DNA from: a virus
DNA length: 64,000 nucleotides
IMG/VR virus record: IMGVR_UViG_3300008108_000039
Location: 64,001 to 128,000 of that record
Strand: one strand, 5' to 3'
The notes under the pieces are model-generated. The model had not been told where the DNA came from, made no database searches, and worked only from the letters and a program-made list of their open reading frames with translations. A program made the position numbers and the translations under genes. This document shows positions 29,768-39,072 of the stretch, piece after piece (position 1 is the first letter of the stretch; the number at the start of each line of letters is the position of its first letter).

Positions 29768-32629
29768 TTAATAATATAGCATTGATCTCATAACCTCAAC
29801 AGATGTGTGTTTTATAATCCATAGATATTTTAACCCATCAGGTGTAGTAAATACTTCCATTCTATTACCAATAATAGCAGCTCCCGGGTTTCCAAAAGGT
29901 GCAAATCCTGCACCATGTACTTGATTAGTAGTAACATCTAAATAATAAAATCTCATAGTAGCATCTTTTGTAAAGTAAATTCTATCACCACCATCATAAG
30001 CATACATTGTACCTGTTGTTAAAGTTTCTGGTTGTGGGCTTGTTGCTAACACTTCTACTTTATCTGTTGGAATATCAATGTAATCAAAGTTATTAACTGC
30101 ACCACCTCTTGCTATATAAATTCTTCTTCCACGTAAATTAGGATCTGAATTACCTTGTACCCATTGAGCTTCAATTCCTGTACTTCTAATAGGTTGTTGT
30201 AATATGGCATATGATGAACTTACAAGACCAGGTGCAGTACCAAGTGCAGCAAATGTAAGAGTGTTGTTTGTATTACTAGCTATAGTAGATTCTTGTCCTT
30301 GACCAGTACCAGTTAATATTTTTATTCTTCGACCTGCAAAAAAGTTAGTTAACCAACCAGAAGAACTTATTTGTCCAAGAGCAGCACTTTGAGAATAGTT
30401 AACAAGATATGTTCCTATACTACTACTTTGGAAAGTATTTGGTCCAAAAGCAGTAATAAATGTACCTGGTGCTACAAAACTTCCTGTTATTACTGAGCCT
30501 ATTCCTAAACCTCCTGTAACAAAAGAGTTTAATGTAACTGTTAATACGTTTCCTGCTATTGAACCAGAACCAAGAAAGCTAGTGTTTATGTCTTGTAAAG
30601 TAGTTGTTGATGGAGCACTACCAGTGGCAAAACCAGTATACATAGATCCTATCATTTCAGGTCTTGTTATGATATATCTTGAAACTCCATTAATAGGAGC
30701 AGTATTTGCTACTGTAGCAAATGTTAATGTAGTAGCAGTATTTGATAATATTCTTAGGTTTTGACCTGATACTAAACCAGAAGCAGCAGTCATTGTAGAT
30801 GTTACCATATGTACAACATAGTTAGCCCATTGATTTACTCTCCAGTTTTTAGTTGTATCAGATAATTGTGTTTGACTTTGTAAACCAGTTAAAGTAGTTG
30901 ACGCTGGAGTTCCAGGCATTGTATAGGTAAAGGTTAAAGGGGTAGGTACTGATACAATAGTAAATGTACCATTAAAGTTAGCATCAGTAGCACCTCTTAC
31001 TGTTACTGTTTGGCCTGCTCTATAACTATGAGTAACGGCCATAGTAACAGTAGCTGTTGTAGTTACGTTAGCAAGTGAAGCAATCGCTTGAGGTCTATTA
31101 GAACCAAGTTGAACAGAACCACTGCATGCTAAACCACCATCTTCGTCTCTACCAAAAGTCATTAAATCATCAGATATATTTAATATATGGGCAGTAGCAT
31201 TATTTCCTAAGAAAAGATAATTTTTATCTGTATCAGCAGTTATAGTATAAACAGATGTATTATCTAAAGCTACAGAAGATGAACCATATAACGTTAAAGA
31301 ACTAGAGTTATTTGATAAAATAGGAGCATATAAACCCGTTCCACTACCACTAGTAATACGTACAGCATAATTTTTCCATCTATTTACAGACCAGTTTTTA
31401 GTAGAATCTACTAATAACCCAAAAGATCCAGATGTTGCTCTACCAGCATCAAATCCATCTATGAAATATTGTGAACCAGAATTAGGTGCTACAGACATTG
31501 TTTCATAAGTTAATGTAGTAGCAGTATTTGATAATATTCTAGCTTGTTGACCTTCTCCTTGTCCGCTCCATATTCTTACATAATAACTTCCACTAATACT
31601 ACTACTAGCCCATTGATTTGTAAGCCATGCTTTTGAGGTATCTGTTAAGCTAGATGTAGTACCAGTTATAGTTGCTACACCTCTTTCCCATATTGTAGCT
31701 TGATCTCCTGTTCTTTCAATAGTGGCATCAGTACCAACAGACGCTATATTATTAGTTACTGCTGATCTAACATACCATGTATCTGTAATTATATCATATT
31801 GTTGTAATGTATAGAATGGAGTAGCAGCAGCAGATGATGCTAAAAGTATAGCTCCTCCTTCTACTTTATAACGAGATGAAGAATCAGGTATAATAGACCA
31901 AGGATTATCAAGAGTAGCAATAGAAGCTTCTATATTCACTACGGTTTGGGAACCAGCTGCAGAAGCAATAGCAGGAGAAAATACAGCAGGGTTTGCAAAA
32001 GTTTCATGTGGTACCATTAATGAATCACCTAAAACAAGTAAACTAGATGAATTAGCTAATATTCTTCTTACTTGACCTACACCTGAGTTTTGTACTACTC
32101 TTGCTTGATAACCAGCCCATTGATTTATTCTCCAGTTTTTAGTAGAATCTGTTATACTTATGTTACCAATAGTATTTGATACAGCTGTAGCTACAGCCAT
32201 ATCTTCTATTCTAGAATCATCAATATCAGTAATAGTTCTTCTCTGACCTGCACCAGTACCAGCAACAATAGAAATATCATATCCTCGAAAAGCTTTACCA
32301 AAATATGCAGGAATATAAACACTATTAGCACTAGCTGATATTATATTACCTTCAACTCCTGCAGACATTAAAAATCTCATTTCTGAGAATGTTGTTGGAG
32401 TTATTGGAGGTGATTGTAACTGCATATAAGTATCAGTCCAAGTGTCGTATCTCCAAAAGCTAGTGGCCGCATTTAGATAGTAGATATATCTACCAAAGTT
32501 AATATGCATTACAGGATTTAAAGCAGTACATGTTGCTGATATAGCTGAGCTATTACCTCCTTGTGCATCTCTTAATCTTTCCCATACTGGTAAATCTATT
32601 CCTAATTTGTTGTTGTTTATTACTCCCAT
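29768..32629 (-). CDS. large tail fibre / receptor-binding protein
   Basis: T/S/G-rich, repeated D.(T/S)K.W..NQW modules, Kelch-like segments. Confidence 0.7.
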   Translation of the reverse strand: MGVINNNKLGIDLPVWERLRDAQGGNSSAISATCTALNPVMHINFGRYIYYLNAATSFWRYDTWTDTYMQLQSPPITPTTFSEMRFLMSAGVEGNIISASANSVYIPAYFGKAFRGYDISIVAGTGAGQRRTITDIDDSRIEDMAVATAVSNTIGNISITDSTKNWRINQWAGYQARVVQNSGVGQVRRILANSSSLLVLGDSLMVPHETFANPAVFSPAIASAAGSQTVVNIEASIATLDNPWSIIPDSSSRYKVEGGAILLASSAAATPFYTLQQYDIITDTWYVRSAVTNNIASVGTDATIERTGDQATIWERGVATITGTTSSLTDTSKAWLTNQWASSSISGSYYVRIWSGQGEGQQARILSNTATTLTYETMSVAPNSGSQYFIDGFDAGRATSGSFGLLVDSTKNWSVNRWKNYAVRITSGSGTGLYAPILSNNSSSLTLYGSSSVALDNTSVYTITADTDKNYLFLGNNATAHILNISDDLMTFGRDEDGGLACSGSVQLGSNRPQAIASLANVTTTATVTMAVTHSYRAGQTVTVRGATDANFNGTFTIVSVPTPLTFTYTMPGTPASTTLTGLQSQTQLSDTTKNWRVNQWANYVVHMVTSTMTAASGLVSGQNLRILSNTATTLTFATVANTAPINGVSRYIITRPEMIGSMYTGFATGSAPSTTTLQDINTSFLGSGSIAGNVLTVTLNSFVTGGLGIGSVITGSFVAPGTFITAFGPNTFQSSSIGTYLVNYSQSAALGQISSSGWLTNFFAGRRIKILTGTGQGQESTIASNTNNTLTFAALGTAPGLVSSSYAILQQPIRSTGIEAQWVQGNSDPNLRGRRIYIARGGAVNNFDYIDIPTDKVEVLATSPQPETLTTGTMYAYDGGDRIYFTKDATMRFYYLDVTTNQVHGAGFAPFGNPGAAIIGNRMEVFTTPDGLKYLWIIKHTSVEVMRSMLYY

Positions 32630-32640
32630 TATTTATAATT

Positions 32641-32961
32641 TTATGATATTTTACTTCTTAATCCGGTATTGTACATAATTCTTTGGTTCATCATTTGAAA
32701 ATCTACGTTAGTATAACCACCAAAGTTACCAATTGAGTTTGTACCTGCTGGTAAGGCGTTTGTTATACCTGTGACTGCACTTACAGTACCTACAGTTGTT
32801 ATAGTAGATAATGTTAAACCAGTCGTTATTGCATCTATTGTTATTCTTTGTCTTTGAGCAGCATCTTGCGCTGTAGATGGTTCTAATGCTCTTAATATAC
32901 GTCTTAATAATATTATTGAGTCATCTGTTGAAGCATTTTTTGGTACTTGATTGTATGCCAT
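32641..32961 (-). CDS. fibre-associated small protein
   Basis: TITTVGTVSAVT and LPAGTNSIG fibre-like segments. Confidence 0.55.
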   Translation of the reverse strand: MAYNQVPKNASTDDSIILLRRILRALEPSTAQDAAQRQRITIDAITTGLTLSTITTVGTVSAVTGITNALPAGTNSIGNFGGYTNVDFQMMNQRIMYNTGLRSKIS

Positions 32962-32963
32962 AT

Positions 32964-33530
32964 TTAATATATTATATAGTTAGTATCGTTTGGAGAAATA
33001 TCTATTGAATTATATGGATTATCAATAACTACTATTGTTCCATCATCTATCATGCTAAAGTCACTTACATAAATAGTAGCAGATCCTTCTATTAATTTTA
33101 TTGTGTATTGATTTTTATTCCCCGCAGGAGGTGGTAATATAAATGTATTTACACCTCTCGAAGAATAAATATATCTATCTCCATTACCTGCAGGAGGTGT
33201 TACTGTTGAATTTAGTGTAGGAGATATGTTTACTGTTAGTCCGCCTCCACCACCACCTCCACCAGCTACAGCTAAAGCAAATGATGCTGTAGTAGCGAAT
33301 GATGCTGTACCTTGTAATGAACCTGTTATACTACCACTTACTCTTAGGGAACCTGTTACAGTGTGGATATCGGATATTATATTACCGATTTTTAAACCCG
33401 TATCGGATACTTGAAATTCTATTCCAGAACCAGTAACAATAGTAAAACCGCCTGATACCGCTAAAGATCCGGTTACGGCTGAATTGTTTAAAGAAAATAA
33501 ACCATTTCTGGCTACGAATTCGTTTGGCAT
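32964..33530 (-). CDS. short fibre-like structural protein
   Basis: VTGS repeats and KIGN...DIHTVTGS shared with the 762-aa fibre; poly-Gly hinge. Confidence 0.6.
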   Translation of the reverse strand: MPNEFVARNGLFSLNNSAVTGSLAVSGGFTIVTGSGIEFQVSDTGLKIGNIISDIHTVTGSLRVSGSITGSLQGTASFATTASFALAVAGGGGGGGGLTVNISPTLNSTVTPPAGNGDRYIYSSRGVNTFILPPPAGNKNQYTIKLIEGSATIYVSDFSMIDDGTIVVIDNPYNSIDISPNDTNYIIY

Positions 33531-33590
33531 TGTTTTTCTTTGTTTAGTTCCCTATCCCTAAAATAAAGATTGCTGATAATAAATATGTAA

Positions 33591-34364
33591 TTATAAACCA
33601 AATCTTGATTTTAGTGCATTATAGTTTTGTGATACTTCTGAAGCTGATAATACTTTATTATATGTTAATACTTGAGCTATTGCCCCGTTAAAGTATGTGC
33701 CATTGCTTATCGATACTCCTAAACTGAAAGGACCATTTGTGTCAGCATTCCAATCAGTTCCACTAGTCATAGTCGCTGTATTTAACCCTGTAGACTTATA
33801 TAGATAAACATTAATTGTTTTAGTTTGACCTGTACCTGGAGCGTTGATGGTTACGGTAACAAAATTCCAAATATTTGTATCTACAGCTAAGCCTGAAGAC
33901 AGGAATGTCCAAGCTGCATTTGTTGAGGTTCTCCACTCCACAACAAGAGTGTTTGTATTAAGATCAAATAATAAACCTGGCGTTCTGTATGTTCCGTATC
34001 TATCATAGATATAGGCAAAGTTTCCACTATTATTACCATTTTTTCTTAGCCATAAAGAAAAACTGTGACTTTGACTATTACTAAAAAGAGTGTTACTATT
34101 ATTTACTAAATCAGCATAATCATCTGTCCCGTCAAACACAATATTACCACTATTAGCACTACTAAAAGTAGGACCATTAACTAATGTTCCGTTATTTCCA
34201 TTTCCACTTAAATCAGTCCATGTTGTTCCACTACCGGGATATGATGCTGTATTTCCAGCATCTAAATACAGTACTAATCCATCTGTTATTATTGTGGGTA
34301 AGGGTGCAACTCTAAATCCTCCACTACTAACTCTAAATCCACCACTATTAATTCTAAATGACAT
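33591..34364 (-). CDS. LamG/concanavalin A-like lectin domain protein (paralogue 4)
   Basis: GLVLYLDAGN..SYPGSGTTW.DLSG..N.GTL.NGP...FDG.DDY...YN..LS..E..QNYNA.K.RFGL. Confidence 0.85.
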   Translation of the reverse strand: MSFRINSGGFRVSSGGFRVAPLPTIITDGLVLYLDAGNTASYPGSGTTWTDLSGNGNNGTLVNGPTFSSANSGNIVFDGTDDYADLVNNSNTLFSNSQSHSFSLWLRKNGNNSGNFAYIYDRYGTYRTPGLLFDLNTNTLVVEWRTSTNAAWTFLSSGLAVDTNIWNFVTVTINAPGTGQTKTINVYLYKSTGLNTATMTSGTDWNADTNGPFSLGVSISNGTYFNGAIAQVLTYNKVLSASEVSQNYNALKSRFGL

Positions 34365-34374
34365 TTTTAAAAAT

Positions 34375-34632
34375 TTAAGGTAGAGATCCTGTAATTGGTT
34401 TGCTCCAAAAAGAACCAGTTAAAATATTTAACATTTGAGGATAAGTATACGGCCCCTCTTTAGTTGACATACTTCCTAAAAAAGAAGGTGCAGATCCACT
34501 ATCAAATTTAATAAATGATTTTGTACCATCTACTGATCTTCTAAGTGTGTTAGCTGTACTTTCTTTAACTTCTTCGAAGTCTATTTTGTTAATTTCGCTA
34601 ACATTAAAAATGTAAAAAATTCTGTTTTCCAT
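34375..34632 (-). CDS. hypothetical protein within the lectin cassette
   Basis: 85-aa ORF, TLR.S.DG.K.F.K. Confidence 0.65.
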   Translation of the reverse strand: MENRIFYIFNVSEINKIDFEEVKESTANTLRRSVDGTKSFIKFDSGSAPSFLGSMSTKEGPYTYPQMLNILTGSFWSKPITGSLP

Positions 34633-34644
34633 TGTTTTGTGTTT

Positions 34645-35421
34645 TTATAATTCAAATCTATCTTTATATGCATTAAAATTTTGTGCTATTTCCTTATCAG
34701 ATAATACCCTATCATATACCATCATAGGACCTAAATTACCAGTAAATTGATCTGAATTACCGGTATTAAAATTAGATCCAAATGTTATTGTATTAGCATT
34801 ATTGTTTACCCATGCATAAGAACCTATGTTGGTAGTGCCTATTGTTATACCGTTCCTATAAACTCTAAACTTTAAGTTTACTCTATCTATTGACGCGCAC
34901 CAAAAAGCCCATCTATACCTAGTTTCACAATTTATTACCTGTGGTACTTCGACCTTAATGTTGGGAAAGTACCCAAAACTACCGTTAGAACCTTGTAAGT
35001 CAAAACCTCCTGTTGAGTCGTATGGTTGGCCGTCGAATATCGATTGAATTACTCTATAAGTTACTTGTGGAGAGAATTGGTTACCAGAATTCCATATGTT
35101 CCATATTTCTACGTAACCGTTTGGGGTTCTAGGTCCTGTTCTTTTTATCCAAGCACAAACAGTAAAAAAATTTCCTGTATCTTTGGTTCTAGTGTTGACA
35201 GGCATTGTAGCATAATCATCTGTTCCGTCAAAAGTAATAGATCCACCTCCATCAGTTGAGTAAGCAGGACCATTTTGTAAAGTCATATTATTTCCAACAC
35301 CGCTTAAATCAAATATAGTTGAACCGCTACCAGGGTACGATGATAAGTTACCTGGATCTATTAAAAATATAGATCCACTAGAAGCAACAAAAGGTCTTGG
35401 TCCACCATTTAATGTACTCAT
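34645..35421 (-). CDS. LamG/ConA-like lectin domain protein (paralogue 3, most divergent)
   Basis: SYPGSG...DLSG..N..L.NGP, FDGTDDY, Y.R.LS..E..QN. Confidence 0.85.
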   Translation of the reverse strand: MSTLNGGPRPFVASSGSIFLIDPGNLSSYPGSGSTIFDLSGVGNNMTLQNGPAYSTDGGGSITFDGTDDYATMPVNTRTKDTGNFFTVCAWIKRTGPRTPNGYVEIWNIWNSGNQFSPQVTYRVIQSIFDGQPYDSTGGFDLQGSNGSFGYFPNIKVEVPQVINCETRYRWAFWCASIDRVNLKFRVYRNGITIGTTNIGSYAWVNNNANTITFGSNFNTGNSDQFTGNLGPMMVYDRVLSDKEIAQNFNAYKDRFEL

Positions 35422-36095
35422 AATCCATACCTCCCTTTTTGTGCGTTGTAGTTTTGTAATACTTCTGATGCTGATAAACCTCTATTATAAATTAAAAAAT
35501 TTGATAGGTTTCCATTTAAATTACCTCCAGTCCCGTCAAATCTTACTCCTACTGTTACATCCGAAGTGCCATTAAGTGGATTTCCAGTTCTTGTTCCTGA
35601 ATTGTCAAGTGAATTATTTAAATAGATACTTGATAGATTTGATTTAAAAGTAACTGTACCAAAATACCATATATTTTGAGTTATGTTTGCATTAGTCTGT
35701 AACCATCCTCCTGATGTTCCTTCCACAAAAAAAGATAATTTTGATGAAGTTTGCCCTGAAGGGCCTATTCCTACATACCAAGAGTTATTACCTTTAGTGA
35801 CTATATAATTATCCACATCCTTTTTACTAATAAACCAAAAACATATACTAAATTCAGAAACATTAAAAATAGAATTATGAGATACATTAACATAATCATC
35901 AGTACCATCAAACACAATATTACCACTATTAGCACTACTAAAAGTAGGACCATTTGTAAGAGTACCGTTATTTTTATATGCGCTTAAATCTCTCCATGTA
36001 GTTCCACTACCTGGGTAAGATGCTTTATTTCCAGCATCTAAATATAATACTAATCCATCAGTAACTACATTATTATATCCTACTCTCCCACTCAT
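35418..36095 (-). CDS. LamG/ConA-like lectin domain protein (paralogue 2)
   Basis: Same conserved N- and C-terminal motifs. Confidence 0.85.
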   Translation of the reverse strand: MSGRVGYNNVVTDGLVLYLDAGNKASYPGSGTTWRDLSAYKNNGTLTNGPTFSSANSGNIVFDGTDDYVNVSHNSIFNVSEFSICFWFISKKDVDNYIVTKGNNSWYVGIGPSGQTSSKLSFFVEGTSGGWLQTNANITQNIWYFGTVTFKSNLSSIYLNNSLDNSGTRTGNPLNGTSDVTVGVRFDGTGGNLNGNLSNFLIYNRGLSASEVLQNYNAQKGRYGL

Positions 36096-36781
36096 AGTCC
36101 AAATCTTGATTTTTGCGCATAATAATTTTGAAATACTTCTTTGTCTGATAATGCTCTATTATATAATCTTACTATTGAGATGTTAGCTGCTAGTTCAAAT
36201 CCTGTACCTGTAGAATAACGAGAAATAAAAAGTTGTCGAACAGGTGTAGTAGCACTTCCAATAGCTAAAGATTTGTTTAATATCCCGTTAATATACATTT
36301 TTGCAAAATCCCCGCTTTTTTCTGTTACACATACATGATAATATACATTTGCCGAATAGGTTGAAGATGGCCGTATTGAAGTAGCTGCATCGTAACCGTA
36401 AATCCAACCGCTTCCGTTTCCAAGAAGGGAATTAAAATATCCCTCACTTATTTCTAATCTAATACCTACGTCTAAATCTAAAATCATTTGTTGGTTAGTA
36501 GTATAAGTAGGTATTTTAATAAACACTTCTTTAGTTAACTCTGATAAACCTTGAATGTTTGTAGTGGTGACAGCATAATCATCAGTACCATCAAAAACGA
36601 TGCTACCACCATTAGCACTATCGAAAGTCGGTCCATTCGTTAATGTTCCGTTATATCCATTTCCACTTAAATCAGTCCATGTTGTACCACTACCAGGATA
36701 TGATGCAGGATTTCCAGCATCTAAATGTAAAACCATTCCGCTGGTAACTATGCTAGGTCTTGGTCCAAAACTATATGCCAC
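36092..36781 (-). CDS. LamG/ConA-like lectin domain protein (paralogue 1)
   Basis: Same conserved N- and C-terminal motifs. Confidence 0.85.
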   Translation of the reverse strand: MAYSFGPRPSIVTSGMVLHLDAGNPASYPGSGTTWTDLSGNGYNGTLTNGPTFDSANGGSIVFDGTDDYAVTTTNIQGLSELTKEVFIKIPTYTTNQQMILDLDVGIRLEISEGYFNSLLGNGSGWIYGYDAATSIRPSSTYSANVYYHVCVTEKSGDFAKMYINGILNKSLAIGSATTPVRQLFISRYSTGTGFELAANISIVRLYNRALSDKEVFQNYYAQKSRFGL

Positions 36782-39059
36782 GTATTATTGATTTAATTTT
36801 CCAATTCGGTGTTGATGTAGATCCTGTTACTACAAGGTTACTACCCGATACAAATGCCGCAAAGGTTACTCCCGAGGTATTTCCAAAATCTACGGTAGAG
36901 TAATCCGTGTATTGCGCTAAGGAACCACTCCATGTGGCCATAAATGTTCCTACTCTAACAGAATTATTTAATCGTACGGTATAATCTATAAAAACACCAT
37001 CGTATGATGCCGTAGGTACGCTTGCTATCAAATTCACACTGGAAGTAGAAGAAAACGGTATTAAGTTAGTGGTGTTTAATGAGGGAGCCAAATAACTTCC
37101 CATTAACACTCTACCATCGGAAAATGCTTCTAGTACAGGTAAACCTGATGCATCCGACACTACGAATAATGATCCCGACAAGCTATCTGTTATAGAAAAT
37201 AATTCACCTTGTGAACCTTGTATTAATATTATTGGTTGAGATGATCCTGAACCTACAATTATAAGTCTTTGAGTTCCAGAACCAGAAATATAGATAGATG
37301 AAGCAGATACATTACCTGTCATTACTGCTGAACCTGTTAGTATTAAGCTGCCTGTTATAATTGCTGAACCGGTAAAGGGAAATGCAGATCCACCCCCGCC
37401 CGCTACTGTGATTGGGAACGTAGTTCCGTCTCCTTTTGTAAAAGTAATAGTGTTAGATGCTACAGAGGCTGTTACTAAAGCATTTGGTGTAAATGATGCT
37501 GTAGCAGCTGTTATAGCGTTTGATATTGAACCGCTAAAGAATGAAGCAGATACAGCATTAAATGCCCAACTAGCAGTTCCGAATAATGATCCAGTAACAT
37601 TACCTCTTAGAGAACCAGTTATACTACCACTTAATATTAAAGAACCTGTTACAGTGTGAATATCAGTTAATGCATTTCCTATTTTTATACCTGTAGAAGA
37701 TATTACTAATTCTTCAGGACCACCTAAATTTACCCCAAAAGAACCAGTAACTGATACACTACCCGATAACGAAGTAGAACCAGTTACAATTAGACTACCA
37801 GTAATAATTGCTGAACCAGTGTATGGGAATGATGCTCCTCCACCTCCACCACTTCCTGTGTTAACAGTAATAGGAAATGTAGTTCCATCTCCTTTAGTAA
37901 AGGTGATAATATTAGAAGAAACAGATGCTGTTATAAGAGCGTTTGGTGTAAATGAAGCTGTAGCTGCAAATGAAGCCGAAGTTGCATTTATTGCATTAGC
38001 TATTGAACCACTAAAAAATGAAGCAGTAGCTGCAAAAGATGCAGATATGGTTTGAGATGAACTAATAGCAAATGAAGCAGTTAATGTATTTATTATACTA
38101 CCAGATACAGTTATTGAACCGGATATTAGTACTGAACCTGTTATTGTTTGATTACCTCTGAAAATGTTTGAACCAGTAGTAGCAAATGATCCTGTTCTGG
38201 AGTTTAATGATGATGTAAATGATAATATACTAGCGCTAAAGTTATTTATTGAACTACTAAAGTTTAATAATGATGCTGTTTGAGCATTTAATGAAGCAGT
38301 AGCTAATAATATTGAGCTACTAAAATTATATATTGATGCAGTAGCGGCATTTATTGAACTAGTATAGTTATTGAAAGATCCGGTTTGTATAAACTGAGTA
38401 CTGTCTAATCCATCTAATAAATCAGCATTGTTAGCATATGATGCTGTACCAAATAAAGATGATGTTATTCCTAAAGTTGTTGTTAAAGAACCAGTTACTA
38501 TTACGCTGCCAGAAAATGAACTAGATCCTGTTACAACTAGACTACCAGTAATAATAGCAGAACCAGTAAATGGAAATGTAGCTCCACCTCCACCACCACC
38601 TGAACCAGTATTAACTGTAATTGGAAATGTAGTTCCGTCTCCTTTGGTGAATGTTATTGTATTAGATGTTACCGAAGCTGTTACAAGAGCGTTTGGTGTA
38701 AACGAAGCAGATATAGCATTAATTGCCCAACTAGCTGTACCAAATAATGAACCTGTAAACCCACCTAATGATGTTATACTTCCTGTTACAATTAAAGAAC
38801 CACTAGTTGTTATACTACCAGATATTACTAATGAACCACTAATATTACTTCCTACTACTTGCCAACTAGAATTTAATGATGGTTGTGTTGCGTCTAATAA
38901 AACATATAATGTATTATTATCTTGTTGAAATACGACTAAACCTTTATATACATTAGCAGTAGATAATCCTAACCTAGCGGCCTGATTTGCTAATGCAAAC
39001 CTAGCATCTGCAGGCTCTGTACTTGTTATATTAAAACCACCAGGTAATACAATTGGCAT
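36771..39059 (-). CDS. tail fibre protein with (I/V)TGS repeats
   Basis: Three copies of ASFTPNAL.TASV.SN.ITFTKGDGTTFPITV..GGGG..FP.TGSAIITGSL plus a coiled-coil-like segment. Confidence 0.75.
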   Translation of the reverse strand: MPIVLPGGFNITSTEPADARFALANQAARLGLSTANVYKGLVVFQQDNNTLYVLLDATQPSLNSSWQVVGSNISGSLVISGSITTSGSLIVTGSITSLGGFTGSLFGTASWAINAISASFTPNALVTASVTSNTITFTKGDGTTFPITVNTGSGGGGGGATFPFTGSAIITGSLVVTGSSSFSGSVIVTGSLTTTLGITSSLFGTASYANNADLLDGLDSTQFIQTGSFNNYTSSINAATASIYNFSSSILLATASLNAQTASLLNFSSSINNFSASILSFTSSLNSRTGSFATTGSNIFRGNQTITGSVLISGSITVSGSIINTLTASFAISSSQTISASFAATASFFSGSIANAINATSASFAATASFTPNALITASVSSNIITFTKGDGTTFPITVNTGSGGGGGASFPYTGSAIITGSLIVTGSTSLSGSVSVTGSFGVNLGGPEELVISSTGIKIGNALTDIHTVTGSLILSGSITGSLRGNVTGSLFGTASWAFNAVSASFFSGSISNAITAATASFTPNALVTASVASNTITFTKGDGTTFPITVAGGGGSAFPFTGSAIITGSLILTGSAVMTGNVSASSIYISGSGTQRLIIVGSGSSQPIILIQGSQGELFSITDSLSGSLFVVSDASGLPVLEAFSDGRVLMGSYLAPSLNTTNLIPFSSTSSVNLIASVPTASYDGVFIDYTVRLNNSVRVGTFMATWSGSLAQYTDYSTVDFGNTSGVTFAAFVSGSNLVVTGSTSTPNWKIKSIIRGI

Positions 39060-39072
39060 TTAGTTAGTTATT

